A stretch of DNA of 64,000 bases from Corallochytrium limacisporum Hawaii (lineage: Eukaryota > Protista > Pluriformea): positions 74,790 through 138,789 of the forward strand of contig PDIP01000093.1 in assembly GCA_002811645.1 (NCBI GenBank), given 5' to 3'. The notes beneath the pieces were generated by a model. The model had not been told where the DNA came from and ran no database searches. It worked only from the letters and a program-made list of their open reading frames with translations. A program made the translations under genes and the position numbers. Positions 1 to 10,991 of this stretch are shown here, piece after piece. Numbering within the stretch: position 1 is the first letter of the stretch; every line of letters begins with the position of its first letter.

Positions 1-919
1 GTTCAACGTCTGCGACCATGAGGATTGGCAAAAACTCGTCATCATACACGGTACGGATCTTGGTTTTTTCAGGCAGAGGGATCTGCTGGGGTCGTACGTA
101 GTCCCCGATACTCTTGCTGTCATCAACCGGTTGTTCACGCCTTTCGAGCTTAATGCCCCCGCTCGGTTCCAAGTTGTTCGGGGGTAGCTTCAAAACCGTC
201 CGTTGCGTACTAATCTGTTTCATAGCCGTAAACGGAACAGACGCTTGCACGGTCGCTGTCGCTCCCATTTCCTTCAAGCGGCGACGTTCCCGGAGCTCCT
301 CAACATAGAGCCGCTTGCGCTCGAGGGCAGCCTCTCGCTTCTCTTTAACCATGGCGTCGTGGTCCCCCTTGCCACGAGCGGCACTGTTGGCAGCAGTCTC
401 CTTGTGACGCTGGTATTCCATAAGGCCTGCTGCCTGGGCAAAAGATTGATACTCAATGCTCTGAACGGGCACAAAATTCCTGGCCGGCCGATACGGGTTA
501 TGATAGACTTCTGCTGGGTCTTTTGTGAGGATGTAAGGCTCCAGAGGGGCCGGTGCCAAGGGATCCATGTGTGAATCGCGCTGTTTGTGCAACTGATCGA
601 AAAGTAAAAGGTGACTGAAAATGTGTGCTCTCCCATCACTGTATTCTTTTGACGTCCAGATCGCATCTAAGTCACGCGCATTGGGGTCGTTGGCAATGAT
701 AAGGTCCGCATCCTTCCACTTATTCGTGATTCCGATTCTTGATGTGTAGTATGCTTGCCATTCACTGACCCACTTCTCATTAACGTCGGTAGCCACCCAC
801 AAAAAGACTTTCGAGCGTCCTTTCCTAGACTTGCATGGCAAAGGATACGCTCCTTGATCCCGACTTACACTCGTTTGACTGAGACGCGAATATGAGGCGT
901 CAGTTGTCGAACCCGCCAT
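1..919 (-). CDS. TERB2: TERB2-like protein (N-terminal BRCT-like TERB2 domain); runs off the window edge, 3' end not seen
   Basis: Not in the ORF track because there is no stop inside the window. Manual translation from ATG at 919 is open for 306 codons. Residues 41-131 (LWVATDVNEKWVSEW...ADLIIANDPNARDLDAIWTSKEYSDGRAHIFSHLLL...LEPYIL) match my recollection of the human TERB2 N-terminus (GWFCGSVSQDLRQFW...ADFLFSCDASHPDTLRIYQSLDYIEDNATVFHAYYL...LGHFIL). Confidence 0.7.
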   Translation of the reverse strand, partial: MAGSTTDASYSRLSQTSVSRDQGAYPLPCKSRKGRSKVFLWVATDVNEKWVSEWQAYYTSRIGITNKWKDADLIIANDPNARDLDAIWTSKEYSDGRAHIFSHLLLFDQLHKQRDSHMDPLAPAPLEPYILTKDPAEVYHNPYRPARNFVPVQSIEYQSFAQAAGLMEYQRHKETAANSAARGKGDHDAMVKEKREAALERKRLYVEELRERRRLKEMGATATVQASVPFTAMKQISTQRTVLKLPPNNLEPSGGIKLERREQPVDDSKSIGDYVRPQQIPLPEKTKIRTVYDDEFLPILMVADVE

Positions 920-1926
920 AATTATATTTCACTAATGAAGCACGAAAATTTGAATATTGATAAATGCTGTGTGTTTTATGTCCTGTCTTCTGTTACGAAA
1001 CCATAATCTTGACCCGTCTTTGCAATCTGTAGTCACTACGTCTCCGTCTTCTTCGACCCGAAATACGCACTACAGTGTAGGAGAACTTGGTGCACTTAAA
1101 TAAGAATTACACGCATCATCGTATAGACCAACTCAAAAATTCAACACCACAGACGGTTTCGCAGCAATGCATGCCTCTATCCCGCTATCCAATCCGTTCT
1201 TGCCCCAAATGAAGTCATGCCAGTGAAACTAAGGAACCCAAAACCCGCCCAGCCGCCTTCCCCATTGACCAGCATACCTTGCGCTCCACCAAGCGGCTCG
1301 GGTGCGATGAGAGAGAGCGCGCCAAAAAAAAAAAAAAAAACTACAGACAAAAATCTGCTTCGGAGACGGTTTGTAAGGTGCTATTTTATATACGGACATT
1401 TTTAGTTTCATAAACTTCAAACTCACAGGGACGGTTTTTCCGTTTCTCTGGAGGATTCGCAGAACGTGTTCGGAACCGATTCGGACGACAAGCAGAGTCC
1501 GATTTGAGTATTGGATTTGTACTGTGGAAAAGGGGCCGCAGCGCCCAGGCCGGAGAATGTGTATCCTGGACGATTGCGGACAATATGTAAAATTCTGGCT
1601 CCCCGCACCGTTCGTGGCCGGCGGGTCTCACAGAAATTGCAGTTCACTTTGCGTCGGGTGGCAGCCCCCGGTCTCTCGGGGCATTCCCGCCGAAGCCTGA
1701 CACGACCGGCTGGCCCGTTGCTTTGGCTGGTAGTTTCGCATGCATCTCTTGTTTCCTCTGGGATCAAGAGACTCATTAAGCTATCTGTGGACACGCAGAG
1801 GATAGAACGGTGAGTGATATAAGGTTCCCTGCAAGCAGTGCAAGCAGGATTCAGCTAGGAGATCAAGATCAAGTCTCACGTCAGAGGAGAGGAATCCCCG
1901 GGACCTTGGGAGAACATGATTTTCTC

Positions 1927-3747
1927 ATGCGGGTCTGTGGTTTGAGGCACGCGAGGACAAGTGTCTTTCGCACGCTTGCTTCGAGGCTACCTTTAGCAGG
2001 GGCCAAAACTGTGTTTTCTCGTTCTCCTGTGTCGAGATCGCTAGTCGTCTCCAGACCGTTTGGGTCTCGGGCATCCGGAGGTACCAAGATTGGCATCTTC
2101 ACAGGCATCGCGGCCGTTACCGCTGCATCGTTTCTAGTTGTGGGGGCATCCGAGACGATCGGATGCCTTTACATGTATGGTGATAATCGAAATGGCACTA
2201 TTGCAGGGCTTGCCGCTCCGGACGCACGCATGCCGTATAGGGTAACGTTCTTTGACGACAAAGGCTGCAACGCGATCAGCATGTCAGACATGTACAGCGT
2301 GGCAGCGGACTGGAATGGTGATTTGTGGGCCTGGGGCAAAGCTATACCAGGCAGTGATATCGAACAACCTGTAAAATTGGCAAGAAAAAGGAATGGCAAT
2401 GGCAATGGCAATGGCAATGGCGAAGACCATATCGAAGAAGATCAAGTAGAGGACGTAGTAGAGTACGAAACGGCCATGAGAACCGTCTACGTACCTGTCA
2501 GTGTGCTTTCAGGTCAGCATATTGGGCAGGTCAAGGCAACGCATGGCGGAATTTACGGGTTGTCTAACACGAATCGTCTGTTCTTTGTCGGGATTCAGCC
2601 GAACCAGGACGGCACCGTCAACCTAGCAAAGCCAATGGACATTACACCCGACAAGGGAACACACGCGGCACTTGTTCCCGGTGAGAATATTTCAGAGCTC
2701 ACCAGCGGATATCATCACATTGTCCTGCTCACCGATCGCGGCCGTGTCCTGTCAGCACCAACAACCGAAGATGGGAACAATTTTGGACAATTGGGCCAGG
2801 GACACCAGAACAAGGTCCCGCAAAACGAATTTTCGGTTGTTCCAGGCTTCACCGGGGACGTGGTCAAGCAGGTCAGCTGCGGAGCGTACCATTGCATCGC
2901 ACTTACCGGCAGTGGAGAGGCGTACGTCTGGGGCAGCGATCACCAGATGCAATTGGGTCTGGGAAATCCGAACAATTCGGGCAACAAGCCGTACTGCAGG
3001 AACAGGCCGGTCTTTATGAACGGCCTGTGGCAGCAGGGTGCTGATCACGAAGGCCGGGAGATCGCTTTGGTCGAAGCCGGTGACAACAATTCACTCTTCG
3101 TGGTCGATTCAGCAACTGGCACGGAGACCTACACAGTGGGCAATGGACGTACTGGATCCCTTGGTAATGGCATGTGGATCCATATGACGGGCAACCTCAG
3201 TCGAGTCAAGCATTTGAATGATCTTCGCTGGTATGACGAGCAGGAGCGCAAGTCCAAGAATATCAAGGTCTACTCTGTGACATGCGGTGCCAGGCATTGC
3301 GCACTCGCACTTGACACACGATACTCACCAACTGGAGGACTAGATGTCTACAGCTGGGGGTACAACCGGTATGGTCAGTGTGGTAATACCAAACGGGCCA
3401 ACCTTGCAGAACCCGAGTTCTTGCTCGATCCGGAGCGCAAGCGGAAGCATTTGCAACTTAGCCATAAGAAGCGTAGCTATGGCCAGCAGGCAATTCATTG
3501 TTCCAGCAACAACACAGCCATCATTCTGCCACAGAACCTGAATGACATGGAATTCGGGCAGATGAATCCCGCGCACATCAGAAAGAAGATCATGGTCCTG
3601 GAGCACACGCTCAAACAGAGACAGAGCGCACAGTCGGCCCTGAGAGTGCAACATGCCAAACTTCTCAATGACATTCAGGACCAGGTTACGAAAATTGAGG
3701 AAGAAATTGACCGACTGCGCTCCGAAGCATCCAAGAAAGGCGGCTAG
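1927..3747 (+). CDS. Mitochondrial RCC1-repeat protein (RCC1L/WBSCR16- or FMP25-like) with C-terminal coiled coil
   Basis: RCC1 repeats (SGYHHIVLLTDRGRV, NNFGQLGQG, VSCGAYHCIAL, VYSWGYNRYGQCG). Arg/Ser-rich presequence from the first in-frame ATG at 1927, followed by a hydrophobic segment. Confidence 0.8.
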   Translation: MRVCGLRHARTSVFRTLASRLPLAGAKTVFSRSPVSRSLVVSRPFGSRASGGTKIGIFTGIAAVTAASFLVVGASETIGCLYMYGDNRNGTIAGLAAPDARMPYRVTFFDDKGCNAISMSDMYSVAADWNGDLWAWGKAIPGSDIEQPVKLARKRNGNGNGNGNGEDHIEEDQVEDVVEYETAMRTVYVPVSVLSGQHIGQVKATHGGIYGLSNTNRLFFVGIQPNQDGTVNLAKPMDITPDKGTHAALVPGENISELTSGYHHIVLLTDRGRVLSAPTTEDGNNFGQLGQGHQNKVPQNEFSVVPGFTGDVVKQVSCGAYHCIALTGSGEAYVWGSDHQMQLGLGNPNNSGNKPYCRNRPVFMNGLWQQGADHEGREIALVEAGDNNSLFVVDSATGTETYTVGNGRTGSLGNGMWIHMTGNLSRVKHLNDLRWYDEQERKSKNIKVYSVTCGARHCALALDTRYSPTGGLDVYSWGYNRYGQCGNTKRANLAEPEFLLDPERKRKHLQLSHKKRSYGQQAIHCSSNNTAIILPQNLNDMEFGQMNPAHIRKKIMVLEHTLKQRQSAQSALRVQHAKLLNDIQDQVTKIEEEIDRLRSEASKKGG

Positions 3748-5532
3748 TGTCACCCCCGTTCGGTGTTGCTGTTTTTGGGCGCGGTTTCGACAAACTCAAT
3801 CCCCGCCGCACCACCCGGAGTCGTCTCGTCAACTGGAATGGCTCCGTCCAAACTGGTATCAATTTTTCAATGAATACCTATGTATATTAGGGGTCAGCTA
3901 TTGACTATATTTACTCTAAGTATCCAGTGCCAGTTGAAAGACTATGAAATCGTAGGTTGCATGTGCGTTTGCGTAGTCTCGCTACTTTGGCCAAAACATA
4001 CGTGTGGGCTGTGAAATTATACCAAAAGGAGACTCCTTTACGGGCGTAACACTAGTGCTAAGGAGGCGTAGTAGGGCTAAGGAGTATAGATAGCTTACAA
4101 GGTTAATACTCATGTTAAGGAGTCAAGATAGATCTAGTTTCGAAAAATTACAAGTGTCCAGACCCCCTTCTTTCACCCAAGCTTTTGCAAGGTGAGGCAA
4201 TGTGAGAACATGTCTCGTACGGAACCGTCCCCCACCCCCCCTTGCTAATTGATAGTCTCCTTGGGGCTCCGTAAGAGGGATAGCTTCTTCCCCCCCATTT
4301 CCCGGCATCAGTTGGTTTTCTTCTTGAGAAGTGGATGGGCGCGGACGGGCTATCACCGCCGGTTGCAAATCAAAATTTCAGTAAAAACCCGGGATACATG
4401 GGATCTGTAAACCCCCCTGAAACAAAAGAAAGGATTTTTGGGTTTAAAAAACACATCAGAATGCGTCCTACCTCCGAGTTGCTGTGCGGACCGTCGCACC
4501 ACTACCAATGTTCCGACAACCCAGCGGCACGCCTTGGCCGGCCCACAGTACCAATAACCCCCCCCCTCCCGGGTCTATCGACCATCTCGAATTCGCAATG
4601 AACGGGGCTTTTTTGGCGGGGTGCACCTAAACCGCCAGCGGCTGCTCCCGACCGCCATTGACTTATTACCCGCCTCTGGGCTGGCTGCGGTAGCTTTGTG
4701 TGTCCCCTATCTACTAACCATCCCGACGTGTTCACTACTTTTTCGTGTTTCGCGGTTTAAGCCAATCAGAGCGGTGTCCCCCTCCCGTACAAAACAAAGG
4801 GGTGAACCCTGTGGCAGATGTTGCATTGTACCAAACAAACAAGAGGAGGGGGAGGGGATCTCGTATGCGCACTCTGATGGTGTGGAATGCTCCTGATAAT
4901 TCTTGGTCACAAGTTCATATTTGGAATGCAATGGCCCAGCAGCAGGGGCACTGGTTCATTCCGAAACACACTCACATCCCAGGTCGTCAGCCATGAGACC
5001 ACCATGTGACGAGAACTTGCTGATCAATCGCTCGGGAAGAAACGGTTTGGTGTTACCAAGACGGTCAGTTCGGCGATGGACTCGTTCCTGGCGGTGTCCG
5101 TGGTAGTTGTAGCACAATACCATGTCGGTACGCTTCCGGTTGAAATGTGATCAATAGCACACACACACACTTTACGACGATTTCATTTCGTGGTGTGCCT
5201 AGGTTGGTCAAGTTTTCTTAACGCGCGTTCACATCAGGAGGCATTGTGCAAGCGGGCACGCTGCTACATCCAGCAACAGATCGATCGTTAATGAATCCTC
5301 CCCCATTCTAACCTAGTTTGCATGTGTACTGAGCAACTTACCATGGTTAGGAGATGGTGGGCATGCAGGCATGATGGTAGGCTTGGACCACAAGCGCACG
5401 GCATGCCCACAATAGTAAGCCTTTGCCTTTTTAACCACCTGTACCAGAGTTGACCCATCCCGACCAGGGGGTTGCGGACGATAATTTATAGAATTTTTTT
5501 AGTCGTAAGAGCCCCCCGAATCATACACATTA

Positions 5533-5799
5533 NNNNNNNNNNNNNNNNNNNNNNNNNNNNNNNNNNNNNNNNNNNNNNNNNNNNNNNNNNNNNNNNNNNN
5601 NNNNNNNNNNNNNNNNNNNNNNNNNNNNNNNNNNNNNNNNNNNNNNNNNNNNNNNNNNNNNNNNNNNNNNNNNNNNNNNNNNNNNNNNNNNNNNNNNNNN
5701 NNNNNNNNNNNNNNNNNNNNNNNNNNNNNNNNNNNNNNNNNNNNNNNNNNNNNNNNNNNNNNNNNNNNNNNNNNNNNNNNNNNNNNNNNNNNNNNNNNN
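5533..5799. other. Assembly gap (N run)
   Basis: Run of N. Confidence 1.
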
Positions 5800-6883
5800 A
5801 TTGATTCCGACGTGAGGATCAGGTCCCTGCCGTGTGGTGCCGTTCAGTGGTCAGCAAGGGCAGACAGAAGAGTGGTTGGTGGTGGTTGGGGTAGGGAGGC
5901 AATGGGAAGAAAGGGGGAGGGGGGGAGGGAGGAGGGGAAGAGGAGGGACGAATGGCAAGAGAGAGTATAGATCTGGACAACAACGAGATCAACTTTTGTT
6001 TTCTTTTTTTCAGTACCGAAACGATGGCAGAGAAAGGACTGGTGAAGGGGGGAAAGCCGTTTCAGTCGGTTTACGAAATCTTTTTTCTTCCTGTCCCAAA
6101 ACAATTTTTTTTGTTGGACACCGTAAGGGAAACAGCAAATTGAAGGCATAGGGGGAAGGGACCGCGTGCTGTTGTCCCTTGCCAGCATTCATATCTAAAG
6201 TACCTACTCGAGTCTTGGTATACGTCGCCATTTGTGCAACTATTGATGCTCCCCACGGGGGGATGATGTGTACAGCGAGGGAAAAGGGAGAAAAGGACAC
6301 AGCGTCTCGCGACCGGGATCAAAGTTTTGTGAATAAACACTCTATATAGTGAATGTATGATCCTTACACCCGCAATTGTCGTTTTGAACCGTATATAGTC
6401 AGCCTTCCGTTGGAAATCGGTTGGCAGCCTCTCAGCGAGCAATTCTTAGTATCAAATCTGTTAGCCATTTGTCACTCCTCGTCAAAATTTCGTCTGGCGC
6501 AATTTGCGTTACCTGGAACGTGAAGTTGTCACCTCAACACCGGAAAGAGATTTTTTGGAGAGATTACGTTTGGCGTCTCCATTCATTTATTATCAACTTT
6601 TCGCCCTAACCGCAGGGAGGGACTCGTCAGATACACCCAACCGCGAACTTTGAGGCGAAAACGCTCGAGGGGGTCGAAAGGGGGTCAATGGGAGAAGGCA
6701 TGGCAAAGGCCGGGCGGGCGCGGAAGAAGGGGGAGGGGGGAGAGAGGTAGGGGGAGCGAGAGGAAAAATCCGGGGGGAGGGGGAGGGGACTGCGAGGACC
6801 CGAGTAAAACAGAAATCAGATACAGAAAAGGGCCTCCGCTATTACAGTATTTCTCCGTGAGGCCTGGTGGGGGGGTATGGGGG

Positions 6884-7208
6884 NNNNNNNNNNNNNNNNN
6901 NNNNNNNNNNNNNNNNNNNNNNNNNNNNNNNNNNNNNNNNNNNNNNNNNNNNNNNNNNNNNNNNNNNNNNNNNNNNNNNNNNNNNNNNNNNNNNNNNNNN
7001 NNNNNNNNNNNNNNNNNNNNNNNNNNNNNNNNNNNNNNNNNNNNNNNNNNNNNNNNNNNNNNNNNNNNNNNNNNNNNNNNNNNNNNNNNNNNNNNNNNNN
7101 NNNNNNNNNNNNNNNNNNNNNNNNNNNNNNNNNNNNNNNNNNNNNNNNNNNNNNNNNNNNNNNNNNNNNNNNNNNNNNNNNNNNNNNNNNNNNNNNNNNN
7201 NNNNNNNN
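6884..7208. other. Assembly gap (N run) flanked by G-rich and (GGC)n sequence
   Basis: Run of N; GGGGGG tracts on the left, (GGC)7 on the right. Confidence 1.
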
Positions 7209-7715
7209 GGCGGCGGCGGCGGCGGCGGCGAAAAAGGGAGCAGCTTTTTTGGCCCAGAGTGTGCATACGCGTACGCTGTCTGCGCCTTGTGCGTGTGTTG
7301 TGTGTATGTATGGGCGGGCTGGCCCTTTCAGTATAGAAAGGGGCGTGTGTGGCGTTTTCCTCTGGATCCAGCAGCAGGACGGCGGGTTTTTGTAGAAACG
7401 GGTGGTTGGAGTCCATAACTGCACCTAGCCGGAGATTCTAGAATATGCAACGATAATTTTGAATAGATGTGACGAAAAATTGGAACCACAAAATCGTTTT
7501 CCTTGTGCTTAGATTTCCCGGTTTGGCTCTTAGGTTTTGTCTTTCCCATTAGGATCAGTACTGTGAAGGGTAGATCATGCAATATAGTGGTATTTGGTGT
7601 CCCTCACTCTGTGTACTCTGCGCATATTGCACTCGGCACTATGTAACAAAACCCCGGGAGCACGTTAATAACTAATCCCAGAACTGAGAAATCCAAAACT
7701 TTCGGAACCCCCAAC

Positions 7716-8864
7716 ATGACAGTAAAGACGAAGGCTGCCACCAAGGGCTCAAAGAACCCGAAGGTGGTCATGGAAGCCTGTGAACGGTGCGGATATACGC
7801 CAACAAACAAGTCAGACAGGTACCATCATACACATTATTTCCATTTAGATCGCTTGAAATACAAAAGCATTGCGGAGTTTGAGAAGGTAGTGAAGCCTGA
7901 ATTTGCACAGAAGGTCCGCGACGCGGTTAACAAGCATGCCAACGGAGACTGGACTGCCCTGCCTGTGTATCTGGAACTGGGACCAGCAGCTGTGGATATT
8001 CTGAAGAAGAAGAAACAGGAAGGTGATCGCAAGCACAACACCATGCGGGCTAAGAAGGGGATGACCCCCCGTCTGAACCGTCTTGAGGCCATGATGGCTT
8101 CTATTCAGGAGCAACTGACTGCAATCAACAAAAAGTTCACGACTATGGAGCAGGACCTCGGAGCCACCCAGAACGAGAACAAGTGGATTGAGCAGCAACT
8201 ACACCACTTTGGTGTGATTGGCAACCGAATTCGCTGCCGTTGCGGCACTGGATCCAAGAGCCAGGCTATAGAAGGCGCTGATGGCAAAAGCTCAGGTGGC
8301 GGTTGCTGTGGAGGTGGCAGCCAGAGCAAACCTGCCTCCGGCGGCGGCTGCTGTGGCGGTGGCAGTGGCGGCGGTGAGAACCCGTCCAGCCAAAGCAATG
8401 GTGGTCAGAGCATAGACTCTGGCATGGGAGGATCATCCTGCCATGGCACCAGTCACAGTGCGCCTATGTCTGCTGGCGGATCGACAGTTGCTGTCTTGAG
8501 CACTGCTAGCTCCCCACAATACGTCACAGGACAGATGTTGGATGTCAAGCTCAAGCAGCTGGCTGGTCCGCAACCGAGCTTTGACACCCGTGCCAACTCT
8601 CTGGCTATTATGCCCATTGACAAGGGCGCAAGCGATGAAGCCTCAAAATCGCGGTTAGGAGCATATGGCCCTTTCTACTATACCAAGGCACCTCCGGCCT
8701 CGAAGGCCATTGACCTTGGTCTTTCAGATCTCTTGAACCAGCCCACAAGCCATTACAACAACGAAAAGGCACTGCAGATCAGTCCTTTGCAGCATCAGCC
8801 TATGCATACTTTTGCCCAGGAGGACATGAAAGACCGTTTCTGGAAGTCCATGGAACATAAGTAG
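7716..8864 (+). CDS. Putative transcription factor: C2H2 finger, basic region and coiled coil, Cys-rich Gly/Ser region
   Basis: 382-aa ORF. C-x2-C-x12-H-x4-H (CERC...HHTHYFH); basic stretch KKKKQEGDRKHNTMRAKK followed by heptad repeats; CRC and two GGGCCGGG motifs. Confidence 0.65.
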   Translation: MTVKTKAATKGSKNPKVVMEACERCGYTPTNKSDRYHHTHYFHLDRLKYKSIAEFEKVVKPEFAQKVRDAVNKHANGDWTALPVYLELGPAAVDILKKKKQEGDRKHNTMRAKKGMTPRLNRLEAMMASIQEQLTAINKKFTTMEQDLGATQNENKWIEQQLHHFGVIGNRIRCRCGTGSKSQAIEGADGKSSGGGCCGGGSQSKPASGGGCCGGGSGGGENPSSQSNGGQSIDSGMGGSSCHGTSHSAPMSAGGSTVAVLSTASSPQYVTGQMLDVKLKQLAGPQPSFDTRANSLAIMPIDKGASDEASKSRLGAYGPFYYTKAPPASKAIDLGLSDLLNQPTSHYNNEKALQISPLQHQPMHTFAQEDMKDRFWKSMEHK

Positions 8865-9104
8865 TTCACTGACTATGAATAGGCATATACCACAAAACAA
8901 AGAGAACGTCTCTAATCATAACATATCCATAATCATTTACAGCGAATTATATGTGTGCAACATTAGTACCAATGGTCTTAAAGTGTCTTAGAAAGCGCGT
9001 CATCCACTTACCATACCACTTCGTACCAGTTTACCCTGCAAACTTAGAAGCATGACTTTACACAAACAAAGAAAAAGCTATTTCTTTGTAGCTCTAATTA
9101 AATT

Positions 9105-10259
9105 CTACTGAGAATTGGCCAGGGCGTCCTTGAGGGCCTCACAGGTAAACATTACGTTGAGCTTCTGGGCGTTGTGGCCCATCAGACCAACGCGGAAGGT
9201 CTTGCCGGCAGTGGGTCCTAGTCCACCGGAAACCTCCAGGTTGTAGTTGTCCATAAGGTACTTCAGCAATTTCATGGGATCCTTGACAGACTCTGGGATG
9301 GTGATGGTGGTCACAGTCGGCAGGCGGTCGGCCTTATTCTCGACGAAGGGCTTCAGACCGATAGCCTCAAGGCCTGCGTACAACGCATCGGCGCAAGCCT
9401 GGTGGCGAGCCTGGGCAGCTTCCAGGCCTTCCTCGTTGACAATCGCAGCAGCCTCACGCAAGGCATAGATAGTGGAGATGGGACCGGTGTGGTGGTAGAA
9501 ACGCGCACCATCGAGACCCCAGTACCTGCCGAGCAAGTTCATGTCGAAGTAGTAGGAACGGACCTTGGTCTTGCGGTTCTTGAACTTCTCAACAGCCCGA
9601 GGGGAGAAGGTGATGGGAGAGGCACCAGGGGGTGCGGACAAAGCCTTCTGAGAGCCACTGTAGCAGCAGTCAATGCCCCATTTGTCGACGAAGAGGGGAG
9701 CGCCACCCATTGTGCACACCGCGTCCACGAACAACAGGCAGTTATTGGCCTTGCAGACTTCACTCAAACCTTCAATAGGCTGCATAGTGCCGGTGCTAGA
9801 CTCACCATGGCACAGGAAAAGAACAGCAGGCTTCTCCTTCTCAATGGCAACCTTGAGATCAGCGATGGGAATGGTCTTCCCGAGATCGGCCTTGATCTGT
9901 GCAACTTCACCACCATAGCGCGCAACCATGTCGCTTACGCGTTCACCCCAGATACCGGTAACGGCGACCAAAACCTTGTCACCGGGTTCGACCAGGTTGG
10001 CAACACCGCATTCCATGGCGCCGTGGCCAGTGGCGCTGACAGCCAGCGTGTACTCGTTATCGGTCTGGAACAAATAACGCAACATGCCCATGGTGTCATC
10101 CATGATCTTTAGAAAGGGAGGGTGCAGATGGCCCAGCAAAGGGAGGCTCATAGCGCTGAGAATGCGGCTGTGAGCATTGCTGGGACCCGGACCCATGAGA
10201 GTGCGCTCGGGCACGTCAAGGCGGCCGGCGTCAGCCTTACGATGCTTCTCGTCAACCAT
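9105..10259 (-). CDS. AGXT: Alanine-glyoxylate / serine-pyruvate aminotransferase (class V PLP enzyme)
   Basis: LMGPGPSN, HGESSTG, VDAV, SGSQKALSAPPG (PLP lysine), YHHT, GGLGPTAGK-RVGLMG. Confidence 0.95.
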   Translation of the reverse strand: MVDEKHRKADAGRLDVPERTLMGPGPSNAHSRILSAMSLPLLGHLHPPFLKIMDDTMGMLRYLFQTDNEYTLAVSATGHGAMECGVANLVEPGDKVLVAVTGIWGERVSDMVARYGGEVAQIKADLGKTIPIADLKVAIEKEKPAVLFLCHGESSTGTMQPIEGLSEVCKANNCLLFVDAVCTMGGAPLFVDKWGIDCCYSGSQKALSAPPGASPITFSPRAVEKFKNRKTKVRSYYFDMNLLGRYWGLDGARFYHHTGPISTIYALREAAAIVNEEGLEAAQARHQACADALYAGLEAIGLKPFVENKADRLPTVTTITIPESVKDPMKLLKYLMDNYNLEVSGGLGPTAGKTFRVGLMGHNAQKLNVMFTCEALKDALANSQ

Positions 10260-10927
10260 ACTTGCTGTTGTTATTGATCATATAAATCGAATCTCCGATG
10301 AATAATTCATGCGGGTGAATAACACTGACATCTGTACATTGCAACCTCGAAACCTTGACGTACCTACCTTTGTAGACTCATTGGCGGAATAATGCCCGGT
10401 CCTGTAGTCACGTGTAAGACACAAACTCGGAAGCGAATCCTCGCCGGATACGCTGGTGGCCTGGGGAGAGAGCGAGAACCCTCTCCTCCATTGCCAACTA
10501 CTTCTTGTCCCGCCAGCCATAGATCACCAGAGAAATGTTATGGATTCCCCCCCCCCAAGTCCGTCTTCCGCGTACAGCCATCAACTTCCTCGCGATGACG
10601 GAACCACTCGTGCTGACGGCAAAACCCCCCTCCCCCCCCTTTCCCTCAGCGGAGAGCCGTGGCCCATATTCACTTCGGGGGAATGGTGAGCAAGCGCTGT
10701 CGAAGTGGAGAACCCCGGAGCACTTCTCCAGCCCCCGGCAGTCGAGAGGCCGACCCAAAGTAAACCGTGAAAACAAAGCACAACAAAATACAACGAAACA
10801 CAAGTGAAGAGGGTTTATGCATGGAACAACAACTTTGTGATGAATTCAGTATCGGGAGTCTCGCTGATATCCCTTTGAGCACCTATTACTTATTCCATTT
10901 CGCTCGCCGGAGTTTCGCATTCCCCCC

Positions 10928-10991
10928 NNNNNNNNNNNNNNNNNNNNNNNNNNNNNNNNNNNNNNNNNNNNNNNNNNNNNNNNNNNNNNNN
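10928..10991. other. Assembly gap; flanks carry a near-identical ~30-bp sequence ending in poly-C
   Basis: ccatttcgc(t/c)cgccggagtttcgcat-Cn occurs on both sides of the N run. Confidence 0.95.

Noticed and set aside
5472-7424. ORFs spanning N runs
   Set aside because: Artefacts of translating gaps.
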